64,000 nt of DNA from Diplonema japonicum (lineage: Eukaryota > Protista > Euglenozoa: Diplonemea), in assembly GCA_964019335.1 (NCBI GenBank), contig OZ025663.1:1-64000 (forward strand), in the 5' to 3' direction. The notes under the pieces are model-generated. The model was given only the letters and a program-made list of their open reading frames with translations. It had not been told where the DNA came from and ran no database searches. Position numbers and translations under genes: made by a program. Positions 43,840-55,072 of this stretch are shown here, one piece after another (positions within the stretch are counted from its first letter, which is position 1; each line of letters starts with the position of its first letter).

Positions 43840-44223
43840 TCACCAGTCGCCTAGGTCGTAAACTCCGGTGTATCTGTGTGTGTATGTGTTTTGTGCAAAG
43901 GAAAGGAACATACGCAGCTTTTTTATCGTGAACTCCCGAAAAGCTGTATTGCGAAAACCTCGACCCCTGTTGTTGGTGTCGGACAAGTTTGCCAGATCCA
44001 TACCCCTCCATTACCCCCGGAACCCCCAGGCATCGGTCCTGTGAGAGCACCTGGCACCTTCCCCGAAGGGAACCCCTGGGCGTTTGACTGGCTTTTGTCA
44101 GGAGTAGCGTATCCGTTCCCAATGGCTGTGTTTGTAAAAAATGCGTGCACCAGGCCTACCTGCGATCGGCAACGTGTTCGATCTGATGCAGCCGTGACCG
44201 TTCCCATGGCAGAGAGGCGCCAT
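43840..44223 (-). CDS. Predicted 90-aa Gly-rich protein, 3 introns
   Basis: Introns at 44126-44159, 43967-44003 and 43874-43913 all match the local consensus. Splicing gives one ATG-to-stop frame MAPLCHGNGHGCIRS...YTGVYDLGDW. Confidence 0.65.
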
Positions 44224-44326
44224 TGTGTATTGTGTTCCTAGCAACTAAGATGTCTGTTGCAAAAAACAAAAAATAACAAAACTTCTAACAACCCAGAAGA
44301 TACAAATCGATACAATTGAGTACGAG

Positions 44327-46287
44327 CTAGCGCCTTACGAAATCTGGTGCACAAGCGGTTATGACCTGATGCTGTGTTTTGTGCTGTTTGCATCATACCT
44401 CGTATGCTTCGTAAGCGTCAGTATCGTCACTAGGTTTGCCTTCTTTTTTAAGGAAGTGGCTTAGCATGGGTGATGCGACCGAGATGTATTTTCCGTTTGT
44501 CTGTTTCACACACAGCTCTGCTTTCCATGACGCTCTTCCCTGCGAGTTGATGGGTGCAATCCTCCACGCCACTGCCCCCTTGCCCTTCTGTACCTTCCAA
44601 CCGAACGCATTAGGAAACAAAGCTTCTGTCTCCTTTACTTCTTCTCGCAGACGTTTCGTTACCTCCTGCACCGACTTCCTGAGCTGCGTCGATTCCTCCT
44701 TGTCTTTGCTCTTCTCTTGATCCTGCCCGGTGGGCATCGCTTCAAAATGTTTAGCCGCTGCTAGCAGCTCATCCCTCTCAGAACGGAGGGAGAGCACTGT
44801 TGCCTGGAGAGTTGTGTTCTCCCCGCTCGACTTATCGCAGTCTGCAACAAGGCTATCTATCTTGCCCTCGCTCTCAGCTAATTTTTTCTTAACTTCTTCA
44901 AGCTTCATTAATCTTTCTTCCGAAAGCTTGAGCAACACTTGCTCCTGATGCTTGCCTCGTTCGATTTCCTGCTTTGCTGTGCTCAGCCGTTGCTCGCTAG
45001 GTGCAGTGGGCTCGTAGACAACAGAAAGACTGTTTACTTGAACAGTGAGGTCTTCCACACGCTTTTGAAGGTCGGGCACCAAAGCTGCTTGCTCCTGCGC
45101 TTCGTTGACTTGCTTCTGAAGCTGTTCGTTCTGTTGTGTGTTATTTAATGCTGTGCAATGTACCTTCCGTGTTAACCTACGCAAGTCTGTATTAGCTTTG
45201 TTAAGGTGAGTCTGGGTGTTGCGCTTCTCCTCCCTTACACGGCTGTTCTCTCTGCGGAGTTCGTCGACTTGTCCCCTGTGTTGCTGGTATTCCGCTTTTT
45301 GAAATACCTTAACGCGTTATCTTCTTTAGGTCTTTCTTGTATTTTGAGCTTCTCTTCGAGCTGGTGCGCATGCACTTTAAGTGCGTCGCAAGTTGCTTGT
45401 TCTGATGTCAGCTGTGTGTTAAAAGTCTCCGTCAGCTTCATGACATGGTTGTGATGCTCTGCCTTCAAGATGGCAATACACTTCTTAGCCTCCGAAAGCT
45501 CTTCAGTTCGGCTTTCCAGCTTTGTGATTGAGTCTTGCACTGACTGCAGTTCTTCGATGCGCGCAGTGACTTCTCTGTTCGTACGGCTCGTCTCGAGCCT
45601 CTTTGCTTCCGAGAGCTCTAGCTGGATCTCAAGCTTAGACATGTTCTCCTTGAGCCTTACGAGAGCAGCGTCCTTCTGCGTCATTTCCTCTTCAACGTTG
45701 GTTACCTGTATTTTCGATTCTTTCACCTTCATCTCCAGATCGCTGAGCTTCCGCAACGTCATCTGCTGGTCGTTGTGAGCGTCGATTGATCTTTCATTCA
45801 GCTTCCGGATCTCATCTTCCAAGCAAAGCCGCCTCCTCTTCTCTTCGTTGAACATTCCTACTTTCGTTGTCAATAGCGCGTCTTGCTCTTTCAGATCCCG
45901 CAGATTTTCTGCCGCACTTAGGCAGTGCTTTCTCTTCTCTTCTTCAAACTCTTCTAACAGGCGTTTGTACTTATCTTCAATAGTTCGATTGGCTTGCTGC
46001 TGCTCGTCAATGAACTTGTCCTTTTCCGCCAGCTCTTGCAGTCTTGTCGACGCAATTCGTGACTCCTCAGTCGCCCACATCGTATTACTTTTTCTCCTGC
46101 TCTTCTTCACCTGCACTATTTCTGCTGGTGTACCTTCTTCATTGTCACTGTCATCATCATCATTGCATCGCTGCATCTCGGCGATTGCCTGCATATCACG
46201 GAGCTTCCAGTAGTCCGCACTCCCCTTTTCGTACGCTACACTGGCACGCATGGCCGTCATTGGATCACGTTCCATATTTGTAGCCAT
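44327..46287 (-). CDS. Long coiled-coil protein with a C-terminal globular domain (MAD1-like, tentative), 2-3 introns
   Basis: Intron 45276-45307 joins the two ORFs; 45131-45163 is in frame; 44366-44398 is probable. The ..ALFPNAFGWKV.. segment after the coil recalls the MAD1 RWD start. Confidence 0.65.
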
Positions 46288-46496
46288 CTTACTGAATTTC
46301 TGTGTGGCGTTCTGGATAATCCTACAATAGATAAGCATGTCTAAGATCACAGCACTTCGCTCTTGATCTAATGTGGCAACTGAAATGATAGGAACACAAT
46401 TGAGCACTGTGAGGTACTCGCAGAACACTGCACAGTCCGGCCGCATCGTAGCTACACGGGCGGCGGTCTATCGGCGCAACCACCAGCAGCAGCACA

Positions 46497-47580
46497 CTAG
46501 ATGTCGTCATGGAGTGGGTGCCCACGTCCTCGAGAGAAACCAGGGCCTTCAGGACCCCTACACACGACAATGCGCATCATCCCCTTGTTGTATCCAGTGC
46601 CCTTTGCTTTCGCCTCGCTAAGCATCATCCTTCTCCTTGCTGACTTGTCCGCCCAAGATGTTACTTCCCCCTTGGCGCCTGCGGGTTCCCACCGCTCAAC
46701 GCGCTTCCTGTTTGTTGGTTTCAAGATTGTTTCCCTCTTTTTTTTTTTTTTTTTTTTTCCACTCAATTTTACTTCACCAATTCTTCCCCAATTTTTATTT
46801 TACTCCAGAAAACCCCCCGGATTTTAACAGATCTAACACCCGAAGCAGCAGCAGGGCCATTCGTAAGGGCCCATATTCCGCATGGCGGGTAAAACTATAA
46901 AACGAGACAAATTCCCAATCGTGAAAAAAAGTGTTTCTTCTTCTTTTTTTTTTCCTCTCCTTTGCCCATACTTTACAGTGGTGGGTTGCAGCACAGCGGC
47001 GAGCACACCAGTCTGCTCGGTCGGCACAAGACGAGAGGTTTCTTTGTGGTACGCAGCACGTGGCGAGGCATTCGCTGGGACATCTATTTTGTGACACAGT
47101 ATGTCCTCTACTGTGTAAGCGATCTGTGAAGTGTGGTGCTATGTGCGTGGGGCAAACCTCGTCGGGCTGGTCGGTGTTGGATGTCAATAGCAGCCACACG
47201 CTCTGTGCCCGGGACGCTGGGTCTGGAGTGCTCGTCTTTTTCACAGGCAGTATAGACGTCTGCAGATCGTTCTGCTTCATAGGCCTCACGAAGGGGCCCT
47301 TCTCTCGATCTTCTATTTCCAACTTTCGCGACTGTGTAAGGGCTGATCTCAAGATATTCACATTGTCAGGAAGGCTGTTGTGTTGAGGAAGCAGAGCGCT
47401 TACCTTTGGGAATTTGCTAATGACAGAGAGGTCCACAAAGGACCGTGCATCCATTTTAGAAACTAGATATTTGTCCTGTATTTTAGTAAGTCGCCCTCCC
47501 TTTTTCTTTGTCATGCGTACCTTTTCCAGATTTTCCTTGGAGAAGATGTTCTCCACCAATGATAACAGCTTGTTCTCCAT
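46497..47580 (-). CDS. La-related RNA-binding protein (LARP6-like: La motif plus C-terminal SUZ-C/LSA motif), 3 introns
   Basis: ENIFSKENLEK|DKYLVSKMD...VDLSVISKFPKV (La motif after removing intron 47476-47520) and C-terminal RGPEGPGFSRGRG. Further introns at 47124-47157 and 46708-46971. Confidence 0.75.
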
Positions 47581-47717
47581 TTTTGCTTTATCTTGTACAA
47601 AATATTTTGTTTTCTTTTCCTTTTTTTCCCCTTTTCTTTTTCGTGTTTCTTTCTGTCGAAAATAACAATGATCGTCTGCAGCATTTCAAGCAATCAACGC
47701 AAATACACAATATACAT

Positions 47718-48423
47718 CTAAAGCCTCAAGCACCCCTCTGTGCCAAAATCGCTATCACTGTCCACCTCGCTGGGGACGTGCGGGTAGGACAGACGGGGCC
47801 GCATGCAGGATTGAGACCACTTGAAAATATGCTTCGCACTCCCACTAGGCGAGCCAAGTTGTTCACAACGTGTAGAGCCAGAGACACGCTCTCCCTTCAA
47901 TGCACTAATCTGCTGTTTGTAAGCTTCGTTCTCTTCCCGCAGACGGAGCACGTACTCCAACAGCTCTTCTAACGAGCGCTGCAGCTTCATGTTGCCTGTC
48001 TGGGTTAAGTGTGCACTGCTCAAGAAGTCAATGATACTCGGTGTAACTACACTAAACGTGCCGATTCAACCCAGCACCCTTAGCGGGGTGCCGCATGGAC
48101 CAAGGGAGAGACCCTACTATGCTGCTGTCATCGTACGAGCTGGTTGACTCTTCGAATAAGGCAAGGAACGTGAGGTCCGCCTTGCTGAAGAAACCCTTCT
48201 CCACAGAAGTCTCCTTGTCCTTGTGTTTCCCCTTTTTAACCATCGCCTTCGACATGTGTATTGTTGCCTGCTGTGTCGGTAATAACGTGGCTAGGAAATC
48301 AGAACTAAGGCACGCATGTAGCCAGTATGAACGGGCGTTACTAATAGAAACTGCCGCGGAAGAGGATTGGTTGTCAGATAGCGAGGATCGTCCATGACAG
48401 ACTATCTGACAGCCAGATTCCAT
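47718..48423 (-). CDS. Hypothetical protein, probably spliced (structure unresolved)
   Basis: Two adjacent co-oriented ORFs, the second with a short coiled coil, preceded by a CAGACAG acceptor. Confidence 0.35.
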
Positions 48424-48558
48424 GCGAAGTACTGACCGCACGTTCGGGAGGGGGGGGAGGAATGACGTGGTTTCAACTGCTGGGCGGAAAAACGTCGCTG
48501 CGCTCCCTCAATGCTGTCTATAGATGGTTGTCATGGTCGATGCGTGCTATCATGCAGC

Positions 48559-49935
48559 CTAGGCGGTCTTCCACTTGAAGTCCTGTTCAGCAACGTCGAT
48601 CAATTTTTCAGCAAGAGCAAGGCTCGAGGTGGCTGCAGGTGACGGAGCGTTCCTCAGTGCGAGCGTTGTGTCGTTCAACAAGTTCCTCTCAAAGACGTAG
48701 TCCTTCTCAGGTGCGCCGGACTGCTGGAACACCTGTGCCATGACGCCCGAGAAAGACGGCTCGATCATGTCATCAGTCACGCAGGGCACCAGGTTCCTTG
48801 CATGCATCAAGAAGGCTGTGCGCGATGCGTCGTTGACCACTTCGGAGGCTGCTTGCCCGAAGTTAAAGATCGCAAAGTTCCAAAAGCCCTTGTTTGTGAT
48901 GATGTCGTACAGATGCGAGAAGGAGAAGTCGAAGAACTCGTAGCCGTCCTTCTTTAGGCACAGGCAAGCGCCAGGTCCGATGATCATCTGCTCGCCCCTC
49001 TCCTCGTTGACGGTGGGAGTGAAATGGATTCCGACAGGAATGCCGCCCCCGGTGGGCACAGGATAGATGTTCCTCTTCACAATGTTCTTGTACTCCGGCT
49101 TCAGCTGGTAGTACGAACCACGGAAAGTCACAACCTTAGGATCGGTTTCACCACCCGCGAGTTGCCCGAGCTTGTCCATCCACAGACCACCGCACGTGAT
49201 CACATTGGCCGCTTTCAGTTGCTTGATGGGACCTGCTTGGAACTTCTCACAGCCTGTCACGCAGACAGTGCCGTTCTCCTCTTCCAGCCCCTTCACGTCG
49301 TAGTTCAGCTCAACTACGCCTCCCTTCTTTTCGAAGTCTGCCTTCAGAGACCTTGTGACTGCACCGAAGTCGATGATGCCGGTGTTGGGGGATTCGAGTG
49401 CTGAAGTGCAGACCACATTTGGCTCAATAGCACGGACTTGCGCCCCGGACAGCACCTTGAGGTCCTTTACGCCGTTAGCAACGCCACGCGTGTACAACGT
49501 CTGCACCATGTTGTCTTGCTCTGCGGAGGTCGCAACGATCAGTTTCCCAACCCTCTTGTGAGGGATGTCGTGCTGTTCTGCGTAGCTGTACATCATCTCT
49601 GCGCCTCTCACACAACACTCAGCCATCTTGCTCCCCGGCTCGTAATACATGCCAGCATGGATCACTCCGCTGTTGTGGTTGGACTGGTGCGCAGCAACAC
49701 GCCCTTCCTTTTCCACAACAACCACCTTCTTGTCAGGGTACCTTCTGAGCACCTCGTTGGCCGCTGCCAAGCCGATAATGCCACCACCAATAACTACAAC
49801 GTCATACTGTGGGACTATTGTTTGGATGTTGGCATCAGGCACTTGAAGCATTTCCCCTGTCCCTTTCTTGAAGTATTCGTTGCCTGCAAGAAAAGTACAT
49901 CCCACAGCGACACCTCCACCTAATAGACGGTTCAT
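48559..49935 (-). CDS. L2HGDH: L-2-hydroxyglutarate dehydrogenase (FAD-dependent)
   Basis: GGGIIGLA, AAHQSNHNSGVIHAGMYY.PGS, FRGSYY, IYPVP, GIHFT and RNAPSPAATSSLA. Confidence 0.95.
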   Translation of the reverse strand: MNRLLGGGVAVGCTFLAGNEYFKKGTGEMLQVPDANIQTIVPQYDVVVIGGGIIGLAAANEVLRRYPDKKVVVVEKEGRVAAHQSNHNSGVIHAGMYYEPGSKMAECCVRGAEMMYSYAEQHDIPHKRVGKLIVATSAEQDNMVQTLYTRGVANGVKDLKVLSGAQVRAIEPNVVCTSALESPNTGIIDFGAVTRSLKADFEKKGGVVELNYDVKGLEEENGTVCVTGCEKFQAGPIKQLKAANVITCGGLWMDKLGQLAGGETDPKVVTFRGSYYQLKPEYKNIVKRNIYPVPTGGGIPVGIHFTPTVNEERGEQMIIGPGACLCLKKDGYEFFDFSFSHLYDIITNKGFWNFAIFNFGQAASEVVNDASRTAFLMHARNLVPCVTDDMIEPSFSGVMAQVFQQSGAPEKDYVFERNLLNDTTLALRNAPSPAATSSLALAEKLIDVAEQDFKWKTA

Positions 49936-50182
49936 GTTGATATCCTAATTCGAGACTAGAGGTAGTAAGTGGAGTAAGTGACATAGAGTCATTGGAAGCG
50001 AAATCAAAGAGAGGAATGGACAAGTGAAAACAAAACCAAAGGATCACTGCGGCAAGACTCGAAGGGATAACAGTCAGGTGAAAACGTGCGAATTCTGCTG
50101 CACGTGTACTGTATCAGCTACGGGTTTTGTAAGAAGGAGCATGAAATAAATGGGGGGGGATTGATCAAAAGAATGAACGTGT

Positions 50183-51693
50183 TTACATGGTGACATCACC
50201 CTGGTTAGTTGGGGGGTACGGACCCTGTGCGTAGTTCTGGGGTGGGTATGCTTGGGGAGGGTATTGCTGCTGTGGGGGGTACTGCTCTTGTGGGGGGTAC
50301 TGCTGCTGGGGAGGGTACTGTGTCTGTGTGCCATAAGCGGGAGCGGGCTGGCTTGTAGCAGGTGCATCAATAGATGTATATTTCATGCGCTTATCCTTGT
50401 GCCTTTTCAAGAAAATGACTGCTCCTACAGTCCCTGCGACAAAGACACACATGAGTGGAACGCCAATAGCAGGCCTGTAGGCCAACCACGCGATGGCAAT
50501 GACCAACATGGAAATAGAGGTGGCGATCACACACGTGAGGGCACAGATGAGCGTGCTGACCAGTTCCCCAAGGAAGTCACCAATGAAAGGCACAATGGTA
50601 GGTGCGATGGCGATAGGTGCGAAGATCATGGCAAGACTGAACCAGCAGACCAGCCATCCCAGGAACCTAAGTACCCACGTGAGGGTCTTGTTCTCACTTT
50701 CCAGGTCGTTCAGAATGTCGTCGCCTGTTGCATTGCCGTTCTGGATCCTCCCGATGGTGCAGTACGAGCAGCTCGACTGTGTAGGCATTTGTGTTGTTGC
50801 TGTTTACATACGTGGTGGGGGTTATGCCACTCCTTGAACCCTATTGTCCCGTCGTCGTTAGTGGTTTGCAGAGCCAGAACAGAGACAGCAGTTCCAGGCC
50901 TCTTCACTCGCTGTTGCCACTTAAATCTGAAGTCGCCGTACACTTGAGTACTTCCCACAACACCAGCGGGGGTCGGCACACAGCGATTCTGGTGCACGGA
51001 AAACCATGTCTGGAGTGTATTACTACACACAGTACCGTTGTTGAACATGTTGCTGAAGCCGGTCGTGAAAAAGTTGTTGAGAGGAAGATCTTGTTTCTCG
51101 CCAATATTCTTCGCTTGCTCGATTTGCCAAGAAGACAACGTGGGCAACACGAAAGAGGTACTCAAACCGGATGCAGAGCAACTACTGGAACCTATGCAGA
51201 TCCTTGTCGATGTGCGGGAGATGTCTTTGAAGTTAGACGGCCAACTAGGGGGGTTTACCTTCATGTTGGGATTACTGTAGATCTCCGGCACCGACTGCCA
51301 CATTGGCGTGTAAGTGTACGAGTCGCCGTCCTTCTTCTCGTGGTTGACGTACTGCTCTGTGTTGCGAGTCCACGAGAAGACCTCTTCATCCGTAGCAGTC
51401 AGGACGCCAACGATGTTGAAGGTGCCGAGGTTGGAAAGGTATTCTGTGTCCGTCACGTTGTCAGAAGGCGTGGGTTCACACCCCTCGATAGCGACAAGGG
51501 CATTGTTGTTTGACGGGTTAGGTATGCAGGAGTTGAGCTGGCGGTACTCATCGCGTGCATATCCGATAGTCTGCGCTGTCCACACAGCCCTTTTTTCGTT
51601 CCATCCGAGAATGAACAAGGATACACCGAAAACCACAATCCCCACGACTACACCAACAAGGGAATTCATCATTTTGTGGAAAAATCCGGACAT
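50183..51693 (-). CDS. TMEM43/DUF1625-family membrane protein, 1 intron
   Basis: SL.GV.VG...S..IL.WNEKRAV, VSVLA.Q, ENKTLTWVLRFLGW and IAIAWLAYRP, with a YPPQQQ tail. Intron at 50777-50811. Confidence 0.85.
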
Positions 51694-51769
51694 TTTTGAT
51701 TTCTCTTAACCCTTTCCACAACGCGTTTTAAAGCTTAGAGTTTTTTTTTTTTTTTTTTTTTTTATTTTT

Positions 51770-52973
51770 TTATTTCACTCTTCGTCATTTTCTTCACTCA
51801 CTAGGGGCCTCATTATTTAACGCGAAATGGCCATTATTTAACGCGAAATCGCCATTGTTTAACTAGTTAAATAATGAGATTTTGCAGTTACATAATGGCC
51901 CTTCAGAGTGGAAAAATGAGTCTCGCCGTGGAAAAAAATGCACCCAACCCCTTGAAAAAACTTTTTGGGGTGGGCGTATTTTGACTATTTTTGGCCATCT
52001 GAGGCCATTCCAGCCCTTAAAAGTGGGAATAAGTGCCTTACTTCCCCTTTAAATGCCACGGCGAAATAGCAACCCCATATTACCTTAGGAAACTCCCCAA
52101 AAAGGCTGACCTGCGTGAAAAAAAACAGCAGTGAAAGCAGTGAAAAGAGTGAGTGACTCAAATGACGAAGAGTGAAATAAACGACTTACTTGCCGCCAAA
52201 TGAGCCATTATTTAACTCTCGTTACCCGTTTTTTTGCACGAGGGCCCTGCGGGAACTCGAGTTAAATAATGACTCATAATTTGTCAGCAATAAATAGTTA
52301 TTATTTCACTCTTCAGAAATTACTTCACGCACTGGGGGGCCCATTACTTCACGCTAAATCTCATTACTTCACGGTGAAATAATGGCCTATTTTCCGTGAA
52401 GTAATAGGGGGTTTCCGTTAAATAATATGCCTCGGTAGGCCAATTTTTGCCTCGGTTCGGTTCCCAGTGGGGCTACTTTTTCCTCTCAGTTTGCTAATTT
52501 CCCCCCAGGTTCAGCTCAATTGGCCAACTTTTGCCTCGGCTCAGTTCCAAGTTGGACTACTTTTTCCTCCCAATTTGCCCACTTTTGGCTAGGCCTTGTT
52601 CCCAGTTTCTGTCGGTAACTCTTCTGTGGGTAAGGGTAACTTAGTCAGCTTACCCAAGCACCCCAAAAGACTTCAAAATACCGAAGCAGCAGAAAAAAAG
52701 GAGCCAGCGGCCGCGCTAGGTATGGGAAGGCCTGATTAGAGGTGACAGTGGCAATGCCAGCGACAGCGGCAGCTCTAAGTCAACAAAAGGAGGAAAAACA
52801 ACTTGTATTGTAACCTTTGTAACCCCTCTCTTGTACCCCTTGTCACCCTGTTGTGCCCCTCGTGGTGAAGTAATTTCAGAGTGTCGTGAAATAAAACCAC
52901 TTACCTACCGCCAAGTAATGCTTTACCGACCTCGAGGTAACGGTAAAGTCATTACTTGTTGGCAGTAAATAGC

Positions 52974-52975
<2 letters not shown>
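51770..52975. mobile_element. Two tandem, diverged non-autonomous elements with asymmetric inverted repeats plus a 3' hairpin (HINE/Helentron-like)
   Basis: Unit 1: IR 51770-51802/52148-52180, hairpin 52201-52218/52259-52276. Unit 2: IR 52301-52328/52865-52894, hairpin 52912-52928/52941-52958. The pair is flanked by poly-T on both sides. Confidence 0.65.
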
Positions 52976-53012
<37 letters not shown>

Positions 53013-53034
53013 CCCGTCAACGTTTCGGCATTAT

Positions 53035-54259
53035 CCCCTAAATGCCCGAGCCACCCCATTTTCATTGTTGCTTCGAATGGTCGAAAAAGGGCAGCATGCA
53101 ACCATAGGAAGATACAAGGAAAGGGTAAATGGTACTAAAATTTTCAATTCTAGGTGCCAGAATCAGATGAGAACACTTAGCTATGCAAGAGGGGGGTTGA
53201 GGGTGTACTTTTATGTCCGATTTTGGAGGGTCATGTCATGGGGAGTCTGTGGAGTGGCTGGGCTAAATAGGGCAGCATTCGGCCCTATTTGGTGCCCTGA
53301 ACTCTAGGATTGAAATCAGTGTGGAATGAAAAAAAGCAACTTACGAGCTTTTTTTCCAGCGCATGGAAGGGTAAAAAAAAAACACGTTTTGCATAAGTAA
53401 GGGTTTGCGGGCTTTGCAACAGGGGCACCTTCTTCCCGCACCCAGGAACAACACAGAGCACCCCCCTCCTCACCTTCGTTCTGTTCATCATGGTCTCGGA
53501 GGCGTGATTTAGGGTGATCGAGACGTATTGGGCTGAGTGAGGGAATCCTCATTGCTAGCGTGTTTGCACTTGGGGGTCGGTGACGGGCGGCTTTTGGGTG
53601 AGAAGCTTGCCAACAAGTTCTTCTTTGAAGCTCGAGAAGCCATAATTTTTGCTACATTCCCTGCTCTCCTTCCAGATTATGGAGGAGTTGGCAACACAGC
53701 TTTTCAGGACCCAATAAAATCAAATGCCATATTTTGTTGTCCAGGGGCCGTGTTCAAAAAAAAGTTGTCTCGATTTTAGTGGTGCCATGCAGTATGTGAC
53801 ACAGCGGCCACCCTTGAAGCTTCGCCCCGAAGCCTCCCAAGTCCCCTGTGGCCCCGTAGAAAGTAAAAGTGGAGAGGTAAAGAAAGCTTGGAAATTGAAA
53901 TAGGGAGAGGGGCCACAGAAGCAATTAAACACCAACTGGAGAGTTGTGGGAGGCTTGCTTCACTGGCACGAAGCCGCGGGGAGGCTACTTGCCTGACCTG
54001 GTGAAGCCACCTCCTTGTTCAATGTAATGGGATAAGGGACTCTCCGTTGAGGGCGATGCTAACTGGCGCCACGCGTAGGGTGGGCTCTCCATCCCCGTCC
54101 AGGTTTCCCCACGTGTACGGCTTTAGAACGAGAGTCTCCAAACCACAATTACCAGGAACCACCACAGGGAGGTTGGAAACATTGGTCCCCCAAAAAAGGT
54201 ACTTAGCGAAAAAGCAAATTTTGAAATAAGGACAAAACTACCGCTTGGGCGGTTAGGGG
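53035..54259 (-). mobile_element. Degenerate, internally deleted piggyBac-like transposon
   Basis: Ends read TTAT|CCCCTAAATGCCCGAGC and (reverse complement) TTAA|CCCCTAACCGCCCAAGC, a 14/17 TIR match. Minus-strand remnants: FYWVLKSCVANSSIIW...FKEELVGKLL and a frameshifted Cys-rich tail CVVPGCGKK...YLCKTCFF. Confidence 0.75.
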
Positions 54260-54340
54260 TTAAAAAAGAAAACAGAGATCTGTTGCCAAATAGTAATTTG
54301 AAGAAAAGGGGAAACTGTAGTGTAAACAGCCAAGAATGGC

Positions 54341-55072
54341 CTACTCTATAGGTATAATACAATCCTCTGCCGACCAGAGTCTGCTTCTCTGTTTTAGGCA
54401 AGAAAGTGTTGCTTCTAACTGCTTCTGCTTCTGTTTTTCGTAATAGTCAAATCGCTCCCACACCGCGACGTCCACACCGCGCATCACAGATAGGAGTTCG
54501 GCAAATAAAGATTTTTGTAGGGCATCTCTGGCCTGTTCTTCGAGGCTGGCAAGTTGCAGCACCTGAACGGGATTGAGCAAAGAGCTGTAGTCAGCCATTA
54601 ACCACCTGCGTAGGGTTCTGCGACACCTGCTTTCGTTAAGTATCAGGTGTGTTCGTGAGCGTTGCTCGGCAGTCACCATATTGAGAACACTTGAAATATA
54701 AATGTTTGCATCACGTTCATTAGACCATTGCAGTGCAGGTGAACACCACTGGATACCCCTTTGCTGTCCTCGGTAGATGGACAGCAGATACCGACTCCTG
54801 CGATCTCGCTTTGTTGTCACTGTGTTCCTCGTTGTTTCCTCTTCCAGTTCAATAAAAGATCTCCTACATTTTTGTTCATTGCAGAAGAGTAGAAATTTCC
54901 CCCTCATTAACCTCCCCATGCTAGGCGAAGGCAGCCCAGGCATGTTGTCGGTGGCTCCCTGCGGCACAGAGTACTGCCGTGCCACCTTTCGTATTCTGCT
55001 TTGCAACGCCTTCTGCGTAGCCATCGCCATGCCTTTATCCTTATCGCGCTTCGCCCGCTTTGAAAACACCAT
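54341..55072 (-). CDS. Hypothetical protein
   Basis: ATG-initiated co-oriented 243-aa ORF preceded by a CACAACAG acceptor. Confidence 0.6.
   Translation of the reverse strand: MVFSKRAKRDKDKGMAMATQKALQSRIRKVARQYSVPQGATDNMPGLPSPSMGRLMRGKFLLFCNEQKCRRSFIELEEETTRNTVTTKRDRRSRYLLSIYRGQQRGIQWCSPALQWSNERDANIYISSVLNMVTAEQRSRTHLILNESRCRRTLRRWLMADYSSLLNPVQVLQLASLEEQARDALQKSLFAELLSVMRGVDVAVWERFDYYEKQKQKQLEATLSCLKQRSRLWSAEDCIIPIE

Noticed and set aside
13936-50788. Apparent frameshifts, pseudogenes or stop-codon recoding between adjacent ORFs
   Set aside because: The resolved cases are explained by canonical 31-45-nt GT-AG introns. The standard genetic code fits.
51810-52420. CRISPR-like repeat-spacer array
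   Set aside because: The motifs are short and irregularly spaced with no unique spacers and no cas genes, in a eukaryotic context.
53401-53417. GGGTTTGCGGGCTTTGC matching the octamer array
   Set aside because: Only about 2 units, lying in the piggyBac Cys-rich coding remnant. Likely coincidence.
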